Shown here: positions 29,764 through 38,804 of the stretch, piece by piece
How positions within the stretch are numbered: position 1 is the first letter of the stretch
Layout: every line of letters begins with the position of its first letter
NCBI GenBank assembly: GCA_964596355.1
Contig: CAZQTD010000002.1
Span: forward strand, 24,929-88,928
Reading direction: 5' to 3'
Origin: an uncultured Gammaproteobacteria bacterium
GTDB taxonomy: Bacteria > Patescibacteriota > Microgenomatia > UBA10105 > UBA927
Length of the DNA: 64,000 nucleotides
Translations under genes and position numbers: made by a program
Notes under the pieces: generated by a model
What the model was told of the DNA's origin: nothing
Databases searched by the model: none
Seen by the model: the letters and a program-made list of their open reading frames with translations, nothing else

Positions 29764-30643
29764 TACATGGACGCACATGCGCCGCAGTCCGTATCAGTCG
29801 CTTGCGGCAATCATTACGATGTTTCTCACAATGCTGTTAACCGGCGTATTTCTTGTAACGACGACGGCATCGGCGTTGACTCTTCGATATTTTGAAGGCA
29901 AACCGCAAATAACTGTCTTTTTTCTGGACAATGCTGAAACCAACGATGTTGACGCTCTTAAGCAGACGCTGGAACATACAGGAAAAGTCGCGTCAATTAC
30001 ATATGTTTCCAAAGAAGACGCGCTTGCAATTTATAAAGAGCAGAATAAAAACGATCCGCTTCTTCTGGAAATGGTGACTGCAGACATTCTTCCCGCGTCG
30101 CTTGAGATATCAGCGCTTGACCCGAGCTATTTATCTGTATTGGAACCGATTATTAAAGAAGCCAAGGGAGTGGAAGAAGTCGTCTATCAAAAAGATGTGG
30201 TAGAGAATCTCCTTATTTGGACGCGAGCAATTCGTATCGCCGGCGGCATTTTGGTCGGGCTCTTTGCATTTAACGCAATTCTCATTGTCATGACGGTGAT
30301 AAGCATGAAAATAGCGCTTAAAAAAGACGAAATAGAAATACTCAAGCTTGTCGGCGCTTCTCCGTGGTATATTCGAGGGCCGTTTGTCATCGAAGGGGGA
30401 CTGTATGGAGCAATCGGCGCTGCGGCATCATGGTTCGTTTTGACACTTACGGTGGTTATCATAAGACCAATGCTGGTAGAATTTTTAGGCGTGATTCCAA
30501 CGATTCATCTGATATTGAGCGACCCGCTGTCTTTATCGTTTATTCTTGCGCTCGCGGGCTTTTTGGGTTTGCTTTTAGGAAGCGGATTTCTTCTTGGAAG
30601 CATTGGAAGTATGATTGCATTGAGTCGGTATCTTACGTTTTAG
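29747..30643 (+). CDS. ftsX: Cell division permease FtsX
   Basis: 4 TM, YVSKEDAL, LPASLEI, EIEILKLVGA..WYIRGPF.IEG. Confidence 0.92.
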   Translation: MNVMHNTWTHMRRSPYQSLAAIITMFLTMLLTGVFLVTTTASALTLRYFEGKPQITVFFLDNAETNDVDALKQTLEHTGKVASITYVSKEDALAIYKEQNKNDPLLLEMVTADILPASLEISALDPSYLSVLEPIIKEAKGVEEVVYQKDVVENLLIWTRAIRIAGGILVGLFAFNAILIVMTVISMKIALKKDEIEILKLVGASPWYIRGPFVIEGGLYGAIGAAASWFVLTLTVVIIRPMLVEFLGVIPTIHLILSDPLSLSFILALAGFLGLLLGSGFLLGSIGSMIALSRYLTF

Positions 30644-30653
30644 CTCTACATGC

Positions 30654-31790
30654 ATGAAGGTATTTCGATTACTGATCGTGCTTTTGGTGTCTCTTGAGGT
30701 TTGCAGCGGCATATTTTCAGTTGTTGCCCAAAGTGAAATAGAATCAAGAATCAGCGAACTTCAAAAAAAAATTTCGGAGCTTCAAGGTCAGGAAAGAACG
30801 CTGTCAGACAAAATCACGTACTATAATACCCAGATTTCGCTTACCCAGCTGCGGATAGACAGCATTAAGGCTAACATATCAAAGCTTTCAACGGAAATTG
30901 ACGAGCTCAATACGGAAATAGAGCGGCTTGAGGCGTTAAAAACCAGACGGCTGGAACTCGTGCTTCATAGGATTCCGCAAGCGTATAAACGGACCGTTGC
31001 TTCACAGTTTGGCATGGTATTGTTTAGCAAAAATTTTTCTGATTTTCTTTTTCGCGTAAAGTACCTTCTATCCGTTCAAGCGCAAGATTCGTTTTTGTAC
31101 ACACAGCTTCAAAATACACAGGATCACTACAATGAACGAAAGATCCAGCGTGAAAAGAAAAAAGAACAGCACGAAACGCTGAAAAGAGAGCTTGAATTGG
31201 AAACTGCGCAGCTTACCCAGCAGAAAAAAGAAAAGCAGATTCTGCTAGAACAAACCAAAAACAGCGAAGCGATCTATCAACAGCTGTTAGCGCAGGCGCT
31301 CGCTGAGAAACAGGCGCTTGAGCGCGCACTGGTGGATGCCGTTAAAGTGGGGCCGATTAAACAGGGTGATCCGATTGCACTTGTTGGTAATACCGGATAT
31401 CCGGGATGCTCAACTGGTGCGCACCTGCATTTTGAAATTCGAAGAAATAACGGCTGGACTGACCCGGCTGAATTTTTGTCATCCAAAACCGTGATTGATG
31501 AACAGAACGGAGGAAATACGACGCTGGGGCGCGGAAGTTGGCCGTGGCCGCTGGATGATCCCATCAGGCTAACGCAGCATTACGGCAAAACGCCATATTC
31601 TTGGCGGTACGCATATTCAGGCGGCATTCATACGGGGTTTGATATGGTTTCATCAAGCAGCGTCATTCGAGCGCCAAAAGACGGGACGTTATATTCGTCC
31701 AGCCAGACCTGCGGAGGCAGCAGTGTTATAAAAATCAAATATATCGATCATGGTGATGGATTGATAAGCTTTTATCTGCATGTTCAATAA
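30654..31790 (+). CDS. Coiled-coil protein with circularly permuted M23 peptidase domain
   Basis: Signal peptide, long coiled coil, STGAHLHFE followed by WP...HTGFD...IDHGDG..SFYLH. Confidence 0.85.
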   Translation: MKVFRLLIVLLVSLEVCSGIFSVVAQSEIESRISELQKKISELQGQERTLSDKITYYNTQISLTQLRIDSIKANISKLSTEIDELNTEIERLEALKTRRLELVLHRIPQAYKRTVASQFGMVLFSKNFSDFLFRVKYLLSVQAQDSFLYTQLQNTQDHYNERKIQREKKKEQHETLKRELELETAQLTQQKKEKQILLEQTKNSEAIYQQLLAQALAEKQALERALVDAVKVGPIKQGDPIALVGNTGYPGCSTGAHLHFEIRRNNGWTDPAEFLSSKTVIDEQNGGNTTLGRGSWPWPLDDPIRLTQHYGKTPYSWRYAYSGGIHTGFDMVSSSSVIRAPKDGTLYSSSQTCGGSSVIKIKYIDHGDGLISFYLHVQ

Positions 31791-32634
31791 TTTGCATCAT
31801 GTTGCGGTAGGGGTATGCGCAATTGGTATTGCGCTGTCGTTTCCTCTTTCGTTGGTACAAGCAGACGTCGTCATTAATGAGTTTAGTTCTGGCAGTACTT
31901 CGGATTGGATTGAAGTATATAATTCCGGCGACACAGCAGACCTTTCTTTTTATAAGCTGCGAGATTCGGGAACAAATGTCAAAGATTTAGACGGAGAAAT
32001 TGGACCGGGTGCGTTCGTTTCGTTTTCGTTTAGCAACTGGCTTAACAATACCGGAGACACCGTTCGGTTGATGCGCGTATCCGACGGAGGCGAGGAGGAA
32101 GTTGACCATATTACGTATGGAGAAGGCGGCATATGCGCGCCATCGGCAAGTCAGACTATAGGAAGACAGCCGGACGGTAGTGCAGCAATCGTTCGCTTTT
32201 CTTCAGGAAGTCAAAACGCTTCTAATAATTCAAGTACACAGGAGCCTTGTCCGACTCCAAGTCCCACGCCGACGCTTACTCCGATGCCTACATTAACACC
32301 CACCAACACGCCGTCGTCTACGCCGACTCACACTCCGACCAAAACTCCCACGCCCAGTAAAACTCCCACGACCACAAAAACTCCTACTCCGTCGCTCAAA
32401 AAAAGTCCGACCCCAACAGGGGAACAATCCGAGCCGCCAACGCCGGAAGAAGAATCCGGAGAAGTTGAAAGCGCTTTTATCGCATCAGAATCGTCGCCGC
32501 TTGAATCTGAATCAAGAAAAAAAGTTCTTCCGCTTGTTATCTCGCTTCTTTTTGTTTCTGTGGGATCTGCGCTTTTGGCGCTGGTATTTATTTGGAAAAA
32601 GCGGCACGCGATGGTTTCACCAAAAACAGAATGA
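31780..32634 (+). CDS. Lamin-tail-domain surface protein with Pro/Thr linker and C-terminal TM anchor
   Basis: VVINEF...DWIEVYN...LNNTGDTVRL; PT tract; TM followed by KKR. Confidence 0.8.
   Translation: MFNNLHHVAVGVCAIGIALSFPLSLVQADVVINEFSSGSTSDWIEVYNSGDTADLSFYKLRDSGTNVKDLDGEIGPGAFVSFSFSNWLNNTGDTVRLMRVSDGGEEEVDHITYGEGGICAPSASQTIGRQPDGSAAIVRFSSGSQNASNNSSTQEPCPTPSPTPTLTPMPTLTPTNTPSSTPTHTPTKTPTPSKTPTTTKTPTPSLKKSPTPTGEQSEPPTPEEESGEVESAFIASESSPLESESRKKVLPLVISLLFVSVGSALLALVFIWKKRHAMVSPKTE
32245..32418 (+). repeat. Pro/Thr low-complexity coding tract
   Basis: PCPTPSPTPTLTPMPTLTPTNTP...KSPTPT. Confidence 0.75.
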
Positions 32635-32651
32635 TGCTGCATGCTATGGCA

Positions 32652-33074
32652 ATGAAAGCAGTGGAGTTTTTTCGACTATGGGCTCCGGTAATCGTCTGGA
32701 TGGCGATTATATTTCTTTTATCCAGCCGCCAGCGCATTGAGATTTCCTCTGAACATGTTGTTAACTTCGTATTTTTCAAAGCGCTTCACATGATTGAGTA
32801 CGCTGTTCTTTTTCTCTTGAGCTATCGCGCAGTTAACAATACGTTAAAGAGAAAAAACGCAGTCAACCCATTCATTCTAGCAATAGTCTTGACTATGGCG
32901 TATGCAATTTCCGATGAATTGCACCAGTCATTTGTTCCAACGCGCGAAGGAAAGGCACGCGATGTTATAATTGACGCGCTGGGAGCAATTCTGGCATGGG
33001 TGGCACTCAAACGATTACTACCAAGAGTCCCGAAGAAACTCAACAGGTGGGTCAAAGCCTTGCAACTTTTTTAA
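32652..33074 (+). CDS. VanZ family membrane protein
   Basis: KALHMIEYAVL, YAISDELHQSFVPTR...DVIID; alternative start 32631. Confidence 0.88.
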   Translation: MKAVEFFRLWAPVIVWMAIIFLLSSRQRIEISSEHVVNFVFFKALHMIEYAVLFLLSYRAVNNTLKRKNAVNPFILAIVLTMAYAISDELHQSFVPTREGKARDVIIDALGAILAWVALKRLLPRVPKKLNRWVKALQLF

Positions 33075-33460
33075 AAAAAGAGAGGAGTGTTCAAGGATTG
33101 GCGCGTATTGTGTGTCTGTATGGAGAATTGGGAAGCGGGAAGACCACGTTTGCGCAAGGGTTTGCCAAGGGTCTTGGGATTTTCCGGCGACTTCCCTCCC
33201 CGACGTTTATTATTGTACGACGTTATGATATTTCCCGAACACGAAATGTGTTCTATCATCTGGACTTATATCGTGTGAATTCTGTACAAGAGGTGGATGA
33301 ATTAGGCGTGAATGAAATATTCCGTGATTCCAATGCTTACGTCATCATTGAATGGGCGGAAAAACTGGGAGGGTTATTGCCGGATCGTCGTACCGATATA
33401 CACTTTACGATGGTAAGCGATGGCAGGCACAGGTTGAGCTTCATTAGCCTACATAAATAA
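32996..33460 (+). CDS. tsaE: tRNA t6A biosynthesis ATPase TsaE
   Basis: GELGSGKTTF, SPTF, HLDLYR, IEWAE. Confidence 0.94.
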   Translation: MGGTQTITTKSPEETQQVGQSLATFLKKERSVQGLARIVCLYGELGSGKTTFAQGFAKGLGIFRRLPSPTFIIVRRYDISRTRNVFYHLDLYRVNSVQEVDELGVNEIFRDSNAYVIIEWAEKLGGLLPDRRTDIHFTMVSDGRHRLSFISLHK

Positions 33461-33532
33461 CCACGAAGAAGAAATTGAAATTTGGTTCATTAAGACGTAT
33501 TGGAAATTAGGTCAATTAGAAATTAGAAATGT

Positions 33533-34111
33533 ATGAACAATATACAAAAAGCAATCACTGCGCTAGCCGCAGGAGGCATTATTATTTATCCTACCGACAC
33601 CGCCTTCGGTATAGGGTGCAGGATCGATAACCATGAAGCGGTTAATAAACTGTTCCGCATCCGCAGACGGCCGATTTCACAGGCTATGCCTGTATTGGTT
33701 TCTTCAAAAGCCATGGCTCTCACCTATTTTGACAACCCTTCAGATATTGTACGACGTTTGATGGATATGTATTGGCCGGGTGCGCTGACGATCGTTGCGC
33801 CGTGCAAGACATCGTTACTATACTCTCCTATCCGCGCCGGCGGTGATACGGTTGGCATTCGTCAGCCTCGTCACGACATTCCATGTGCGATAATAGAGGC
33901 CATCGGCGTGCCGATTCTTGGGCCATCTGCCAATTTTCATGGAGAACCAACGCCCTACTCCATGGATGATCTTAGTCCGGAGCTAATGACGCTCGTAGAT
34001 TATGTTGTCCCCGGGCAATGTCCGGTGGGTGTAGCATCAACCGTTGTAGACTGTACATCATCGCCGTATCGCATTATTCGTCAGGGGTCAATAGTTCTTC
34101 CGTGTGAATGA
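33533..34111 (+). CDS. tsaC: Threonylcarbamoyl-AMP synthase (TsaC/Sua5)
   Basis: YPTDTAFG, WPGALT, SAN, STVVD, IIRQG. Confidence 0.93.
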   Translation: MNNIQKAITALAAGGIIIYPTDTAFGIGCRIDNHEAVNKLFRIRRRPISQAMPVLVSSKAMALTYFDNPSDIVRRLMDMYWPGALTIVAPCKTSLLYSPIRAGGDTVGIRQPRHDIPCAIIEAIGVPILGPSANFHGEPTPYSMDDLSPELMTLVDYVVPGQCPVGVASTVVDCTSSPYRIIRQGSIVLPCE

Positions 34112-34494
34112 TTTACACACGATATCGATATATGAGAAATCGAACAATTATCATGCGTTTAGATACATCCACGCCGCATGAAGCTCGTGTCCGCTTGATT
34201 GTTGACGGCAGGGCAGTAGAAAAAGTCGCGGTTTCAGAGAAACTCAAAGCGCAAACGGTTTTGCCACTTATTGAAGAAATCATTCGTGAACACGGCATCG
34301 CGCTTGCCGATATCACACATATAGAAGTAACGACCGGCCCAGGTTCATTTACCGGAATTCGCGTCGGACTATCCGTAGTTAATACTCTTGCGACGCTTCT
34401 TCATGTCCCGGTTAACGGAAAACAGGGTCTTGCCGAGCCGGTCTATTCGGCTTACAATGGGCAAAAGGATAATAGAACTAAGGAAAGGAGTTGA
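34108..34494 (+). CDS. tsaB: TsaB, truncated to N-terminal lobe
   Basis: LDTS, GPGSFTGIRVG; only ~120-128 aa. Confidence 0.85.
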   Translation: MIYTRYRYMRNRTIIMRLDTSTPHEARVRLIVDGRAVEKVAVSEKLKAQTVLPLIEEIIREHGIALADITHIEVTTGPGSFTGIRVGLSVVNTLATLLHVPVNGKQGLAEPVYSAYNGQKDNRTKERS

Positions 34495-34495
34495 T

Positions 34496-35110
34496 ATGGC
34501 AGGAGAAAAATCTGAAAACGTTGAGGAGAAAGGGTCGGCAAAAAAGAGTTCAAACACGCTCTTGATCGTTGGACTTGGGTGTTTGGGAGTGGTTGTTCTT
34601 TTGGCTATTGTCGGAGCTGTTGTCGGTCGGGTGCTCGTAAAAAATGCCGGCCGTGTCGGCACGTCGCTTCTTCAAGAGACGATTGAGAAGCAAACTGGCA
34701 TTAAAACCGATCTAAGCGACGTTGAAGAAGGAAAAATGACGTTCACGGACACGAAAACCGGATCAACGGTTGACATCGGTTCAGGAAAACTGCCTGATAA
34801 TTTTCCCAAAGATTTTCCTGTCTATCCCGGATCAAAGGTCGCAAGCGCGGCTTCCGGAAGTGAAAAAGGAGAACAAGAAGGATTTTGGGTTACGTTGACC
34901 ACCTCTGATTCGACTGACAAGGTCAATATGTACTATAAAACCAATCTAGCTGCTAACGGATGGGAAACATCCGCTACGTACCAGGCGGAAGACGCATCGA
35001 CGCAGACCATACGTAAAGGAACGATGAGCGGCAGTCTGACCGTTACCAGAGATGGGGACGACATAACGACAAATATCGTTATTGTGCTAGGCCAAGAAGC
35101 CGGCGAGTAA
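34496..35110 (+). CDS. Hypothetical membrane-anchored protein
   Basis: SD AGGAG before ATG 34496; TM then soluble domain with LPDNFPKDFPVYPGS. Confidence 0.75.
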   Translation: MAGEKSENVEEKGSAKKSSNTLLIVGLGCLGVVVLLAIVGAVVGRVLVKNAGRVGTSLLQETIEKQTGIKTDLSDVEEGKMTFTDTKTGSTVDIGSGKLPDNFPKDFPVYPGSKVASAASGSEKGEQEGFWVTLTTSDSTDKVNMYYKTNLAANGWETSATYQAEDASTQTIRKGTMSGSLTVTRDGDDITTNIVIVLGQEAGE

Positions 35111-35160
35111 CTGTGTTGCGGACTAGTCTTTTTTGCCGGTTCTTATTATGATGAATAGGT

Positions 35161-36147
35161 ATGACAATTATAGGGGTTGTGGTTCACCTCTTTGTTCCGC
35201 ACCACTCAAATAACCATCGGTCAAAAGTTCTTCATGTAGAATCGCTTCTCGTCTACGTGTTAGTATTCGCCATCTTAAATCTTGGGGTTCGGATCCTTCA
35301 TAGGACGATGCCTGACGTATTGGGATATGCTACAGATATCCACGTTGAGCAGCTTTTGAGTGAAACCAATGGACTGCGTCAAGGAGCGGGACTTGCTCCA
35401 TTAGCTCTCAATCAGCAACTATCGGCTGCCGCCGCACAAAAGGCCCAGGACATGTTTGCCAAAGGGTATTGGGCGCACAATAGTCCTAGCGGGGCGACTC
35501 CTTGGGACTTCATTTCCCAAGCGGGATACAAATACACCGTAGCAGGAGAAAACCTCGCCAAGAATTTTTCAACGAGCAAAGGCGTGATTGACGCGTGGAT
35601 GGCATCTCCTACGCACAGAGACAATATTTTGAAGCCTGCTTACAGAGAAGTGGGATTCGCCGTGGTCAACGGGATTCTCAATGGAGAAGAAACAACGCTC
35701 GTGGTTCAGATGTTTGGCGCATCCTCAACACCGCTTGCAATTGCGCCGCCAAAACCGGCCGTGCCTGTTGCGGTAAGCCAAAAAGCAGCGGTGACAGAAA
35801 AACCGTTACAGCCAACGAAGGCGCCTGCCAGAGAAGGGGCAACCCCTCTTGTGACCCCGACGGCAGCACCTCTAGCGCCGCCTGTTCTGGCTTATGGCAA
35901 ATCCATAGAGCCAATTTCGAGCGCATTCCTTGGAGTGACCAAGCAGCCCGCGATTAATATCCCTTCGCTTACGCGGGACATTGTTTTTGTGTTTGCCGGG
36001 GTTATTTTGGGGGTTTTGGCGCTTGACGCGTGGATTGTATCGCGCCGCCGCGTCGTTCGGGTTGCAGGACATAATATCGCGCACTTTTTATTTCTTAGCG
36101 CGATGGTCATTGCGGCAAGCATGGTGGGGAGAGGGAGTTTGATATGA
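35161..36147 (+). CDS. CAP (SCP) domain membrane protein
   Basis: AQDMFAKGYWAH, AGENLA, WMASPTHRDNIL; Pro/Ala/Thr linker; C-terminal TMs. Confidence 0.9.
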   Translation: MTIIGVVVHLFVPHHSNNHRSKVLHVESLLVYVLVFAILNLGVRILHRTMPDVLGYATDIHVEQLLSETNGLRQGAGLAPLALNQQLSAAAAQKAQDMFAKGYWAHNSPSGATPWDFISQAGYKYTVAGENLAKNFSTSKGVIDAWMASPTHRDNILKPAYREVGFAVVNGILNGEETTLVVQMFGASSTPLAIAPPKPAVPVAVSQKAAVTEKPLQPTKAPAREGATPLVTPTAAPLAPPVLAYGKSIEPISSAFLGVTKQPAINIPSLTRDIVFVFAGVILGVLALDAWIVSRRRVVRVAGHNIAHFLFLSAMVIAASMVGRGSLI

Positions 36148-36392
36148 ACATGAATATCATTCAGTACAGTGTACTTGCTTTCATCCTTATTGCCGGAATT
36201 GCGTCGTTTCAGTATGTTAAACCCGATTCAACAGCACAGCTTATGATTGGGATTGCAACATCTGTGGCATATGTGGCGTGGGGCATTATTCATCATTTCA
36301 TTCGGCGAGATTTGCACAAGCGGGTTGTAGTAGAATATATTTTGATTGGAGCGATTGCAATCACTCTTCTTGTTACCGTTATAGACCTATAA
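36144..36392 (+). CDS. Small hypothetical membrane protein (about 3 TM)
   Basis: 82 aa hydrophobic ORF, ATGA-coupled to the upstream gene. Confidence 0.7.
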   Translation: MNMNIIQYSVLAFILIAGIASFQYVKPDSTAQLMIGIATSVAYVAWGIIHHFIRRDLHKRVVVEYILIGAIAITLLVTVIDL

Positions 36393-36396
36393 TACT

Positions 36397-37134
36397 ATGA
36401 AGGGAGTTATTCTTGCAGGCGGACTTGCGACAAGGCTTCGGCCGCTGACACTTGTTACCAACAAACACCTATTGCCCGTTTACCACAAGCCGATGATTTA
36501 TTACCCGCTTGAGGCGATGCACCGCAGCGGCATCAAAGAGGTGCTTCTTACCACATCGCCTGACCACGCGGGTCATTTTGCCAACTTGCTCAAAGCGGGC
36601 GAGGACTTTGATCTTAAGCTCTATTATGCTGTGCAGCAAAATGCCAAAGGCGGCATCGCCCAAGCAATCGCCCTTGCTCAAGAGTTTGCCAAAAACGAGT
36701 GCGTGGTTGTACTTCTTGGCGACAATATATTTACCGTGAACTTGAAGCAATCAATACAAAAAATCGAATCACAAGGCCGCGGCGCAATGGTTTTTGGCGT
36801 TCGTCGCAGCATGGATTCGAAGCAGTATGGTGTCATCGAGGTTGACGCGAACGGAAAAGTTTTGTCTATAGAAGAAAAGCCTGAACACCCCAAGAGCAAC
36901 ATCGTGCAAACGGGCATTTATGTGTATGACAGCAGGGTATTTGACTTTATCCAAAAACTTACGCCGAGCGCGAGAGGTGAGCTTGAAGTAACGGATTTAA
37001 ATAACCTCTACGTACAAGAGGGGTCATTATACTGTGAAATTATCGATTGGTGGGTTGATGCCGGAACGTCGTACGATGAGCTTCTGCGGGCAAACAACGA
37101 AGTGGCACAGATGGTAAGAGAAGGAAAGTTATGA
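36397..37134 (+). CDS. rmlA: Glucose-1-phosphate thymidylyltransferase (short form)
   Basis: GVILAGGLATRLRP, EEKP, PSARGELEVTD. Confidence 0.9.
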   Translation: MKGVILAGGLATRLRPLTLVTNKHLLPVYHKPMIYYPLEAMHRSGIKEVLLTTSPDHAGHFANLLKAGEDFDLKLYYAVQQNAKGGIAQAIALAQEFAKNECVVVLLGDNIFTVNLKQSIQKIESQGRGAMVFGVRRSMDSKQYGVIEVDANGKVLSIEEKPEHPKSNIVQTGIYVYDSRVFDFIQKLTPSARGELEVTDLNNLYVQEGSLYCEIIDWWVDAGTSYDELLRANNEVAQMVREGKL

Positions 37135-37273
37135 TTAGGAAGTAGTCTTGGAAATGCACGTTTTTTGCCTCGCGTGATGAATGCTACTGGATATCATAAC
37201 GGCAACACAAGTCCGAGGTACCATGAAACGTTAAATGCAATGCAGGGCAAAAAGCAAAACGTCACTATCTCAT

Positions 37274-37750
37274 ATGATTGATGGAGTTGCTATAAAAGAA
37301 TTGATTCGCCATCCGGACGAACGGGGATTTTTTGAAGAAATAATCAGGCGCACTGACCCCTTTTTTGCCGAGGGGTTTGGACAGCTGTCGCGGTCTTCCA
37401 TGCATCAGGGTGTTGTAAAAGCTTGGCACGTTCATAAAACGCAGATTGACTGGTGGTATCTTGTGCGGGGAATTATGAAAGTTGCCCTTTACGATACACG
37501 CAAGGAGTCAAAAACATATAAAGAACTGAATGAATTCGTTTTAGGCGAACAGGGAAAGCCTAACCGTGTATTAAAAATTCCTGCTGGGGTCGCTCACGGA
37601 TTGAAGGTGCTTGTGGGGCCTGCTGACCTTGTGTACGTTACCAGTCGTACGTATGCCAAAGACGAAGAGGGGCGCATCGCGTACGATGATCCCGGTATCG
37701 GCTATGATTGGGTGCAGGGAATACCGATTACTAATATACACGTCACATAG
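37274..37750 (+). CDS. rmlC: dTDP-4-dehydrorhamnose 3,5-epimerase
   Basis: DERGFF, KAWHVH, IPAGVAHG, YDDP.IGYDW. Confidence 0.88.
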   Translation: MIDGVAIKELIRHPDERGFFEEIIRRTDPFFAEGFGQLSRSSMHQGVVKAWHVHKTQIDWWYLVRGIMKVALYDTRKESKTYKELNEFVLGEQGKPNRVLKIPAGVAHGLKVLVGPADLVYVTSRTYAKDEEGRIAYDDPGIGYDWVQGIPITNIHVT

Positions 37751-37814
37751 ATATGAATCATTTAGAGGTTGGAGGTGTGGGTTGAGAATAGTATAGAAGA
37801 TACATAATTTTTTC

Positions 37815-38804
37815 ATGAAACTTCTGGTAACCGGTGGGGCCGGATTCATCGGCTCGAACTTTATTCTGTATTGGATGGACCGTCATCCCGATGATAGCGT
37901 GGTTAATATAGACGCGTTGACGTATGCTGGCAACCTTGACAATTTGGCACCTGTTAACAATAACCCGCGATATCAATTTATTCACGGAGATATCTGTGAC
38001 GTTAATGTTGTGACCAAGGCGCTTGCGGGCGTTGATACGGTCGTTCATTTTGCGGCAGAGAGCCATGTGGATCGGTCAATTGATAAACCGTTGCCGTTTG
38101 TGATGACGAATATTGTGGGTACACACGTTCTGTTGGAGGCAGCGTTGAAGGCAAAGGTTCAGCGATTTCACCATATTTCTACGGATGAAGTCTATGGATC
38201 TCTTGAATTAGGAACATTGGATAGATTTAGTGAACGAACAAAATATAACCCCAGAAGTCCATATTCGGCGAGCAAAGCTGCTTCAGATCATTTAGTAAAC
38301 GCATACTTTCATACGTACGGTTTACCTATTACAATTACGAATTGTTCCAATAATTATGGTCCATTTCAGTTTCCGGAAAAATTCATTCCCCTTACCATTA
38401 CTAATATTCTGGAAGGCAAAAAAGCGCCTCTTTATGGAGACGGTAAACATGTGCGCGATTGGCTTTATGTATTAGATCATTGTCGCGCAATCGAGCTTGT
38501 GTTGACCAAAGGCAAGGTCGGTGAAACATATTGCGTTGGAGGGCTTACCGAAGACGTTGACAACGAGACGGTGATGAAAAAAATTCTACAGATTATGGGC
38601 AAGGATGAGTCGTTTATCGAGCGGGTGAACGACAGGCCGGGTCATGACCGACGGTACGCGATTGACTGGTCAAAAATTCACCGCGAGTTAGGGTGGCAGC
38701 CAGAGCATGATTTTGACACATGGTTAACCAAAACAGTTAAGTGGTACAAAACGCATGAGTCATGGTGGAAAAAAATCAAATCCCGTGAATATGCAAAGCT
38801 ATGA
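37815..38804 (+). CDS. rmlB: dTDP-glucose 4,6-dehydratase
   Basis: TGGAGFIG, AAESHVDRSI, STDEVYG, YSASK, RPGHDRRY. Confidence 0.96.
   Translation: MKLLVTGGAGFIGSNFILYWMDRHPDDSVVNIDALTYAGNLDNLAPVNNNPRYQFIHGDICDVNVVTKALAGVDTVVHFAAESHVDRSIDKPLPFVMTNIVGTHVLLEAALKAKVQRFHHISTDEVYGSLELGTLDRFSERTKYNPRSPYSASKAASDHLVNAYFHTYGLPITITNCSNNYGPFQFPEKFIPLTITNILEGKKAPLYGDGKHVRDWLYVLDHCRAIELVLTKGKVGETYCVGGLTEDVDNETVMKKILQIMGKDESFIERVNDRPGHDRRYAIDWSKIHRELGWQPEHDFDTWLTKTVKWYKTHESWWKKIKSREYAKL

Noticed and set aside
32245-32418. Repetitive DNA considered as CRISPR or VNTR
   Set aside because: Degenerate codon-level Pro/Thr repeats, no identical repeat-spacer structure
37135-37281. 48 open codons in frame after the rmlA TGA (readthrough or code 25?) and weak inverted TTTTTGCC/GGCAAAAA repeats
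   Set aside because: RmlA is complete at the TGA, many genes here end in TGA, and the repeat is too short to call an element
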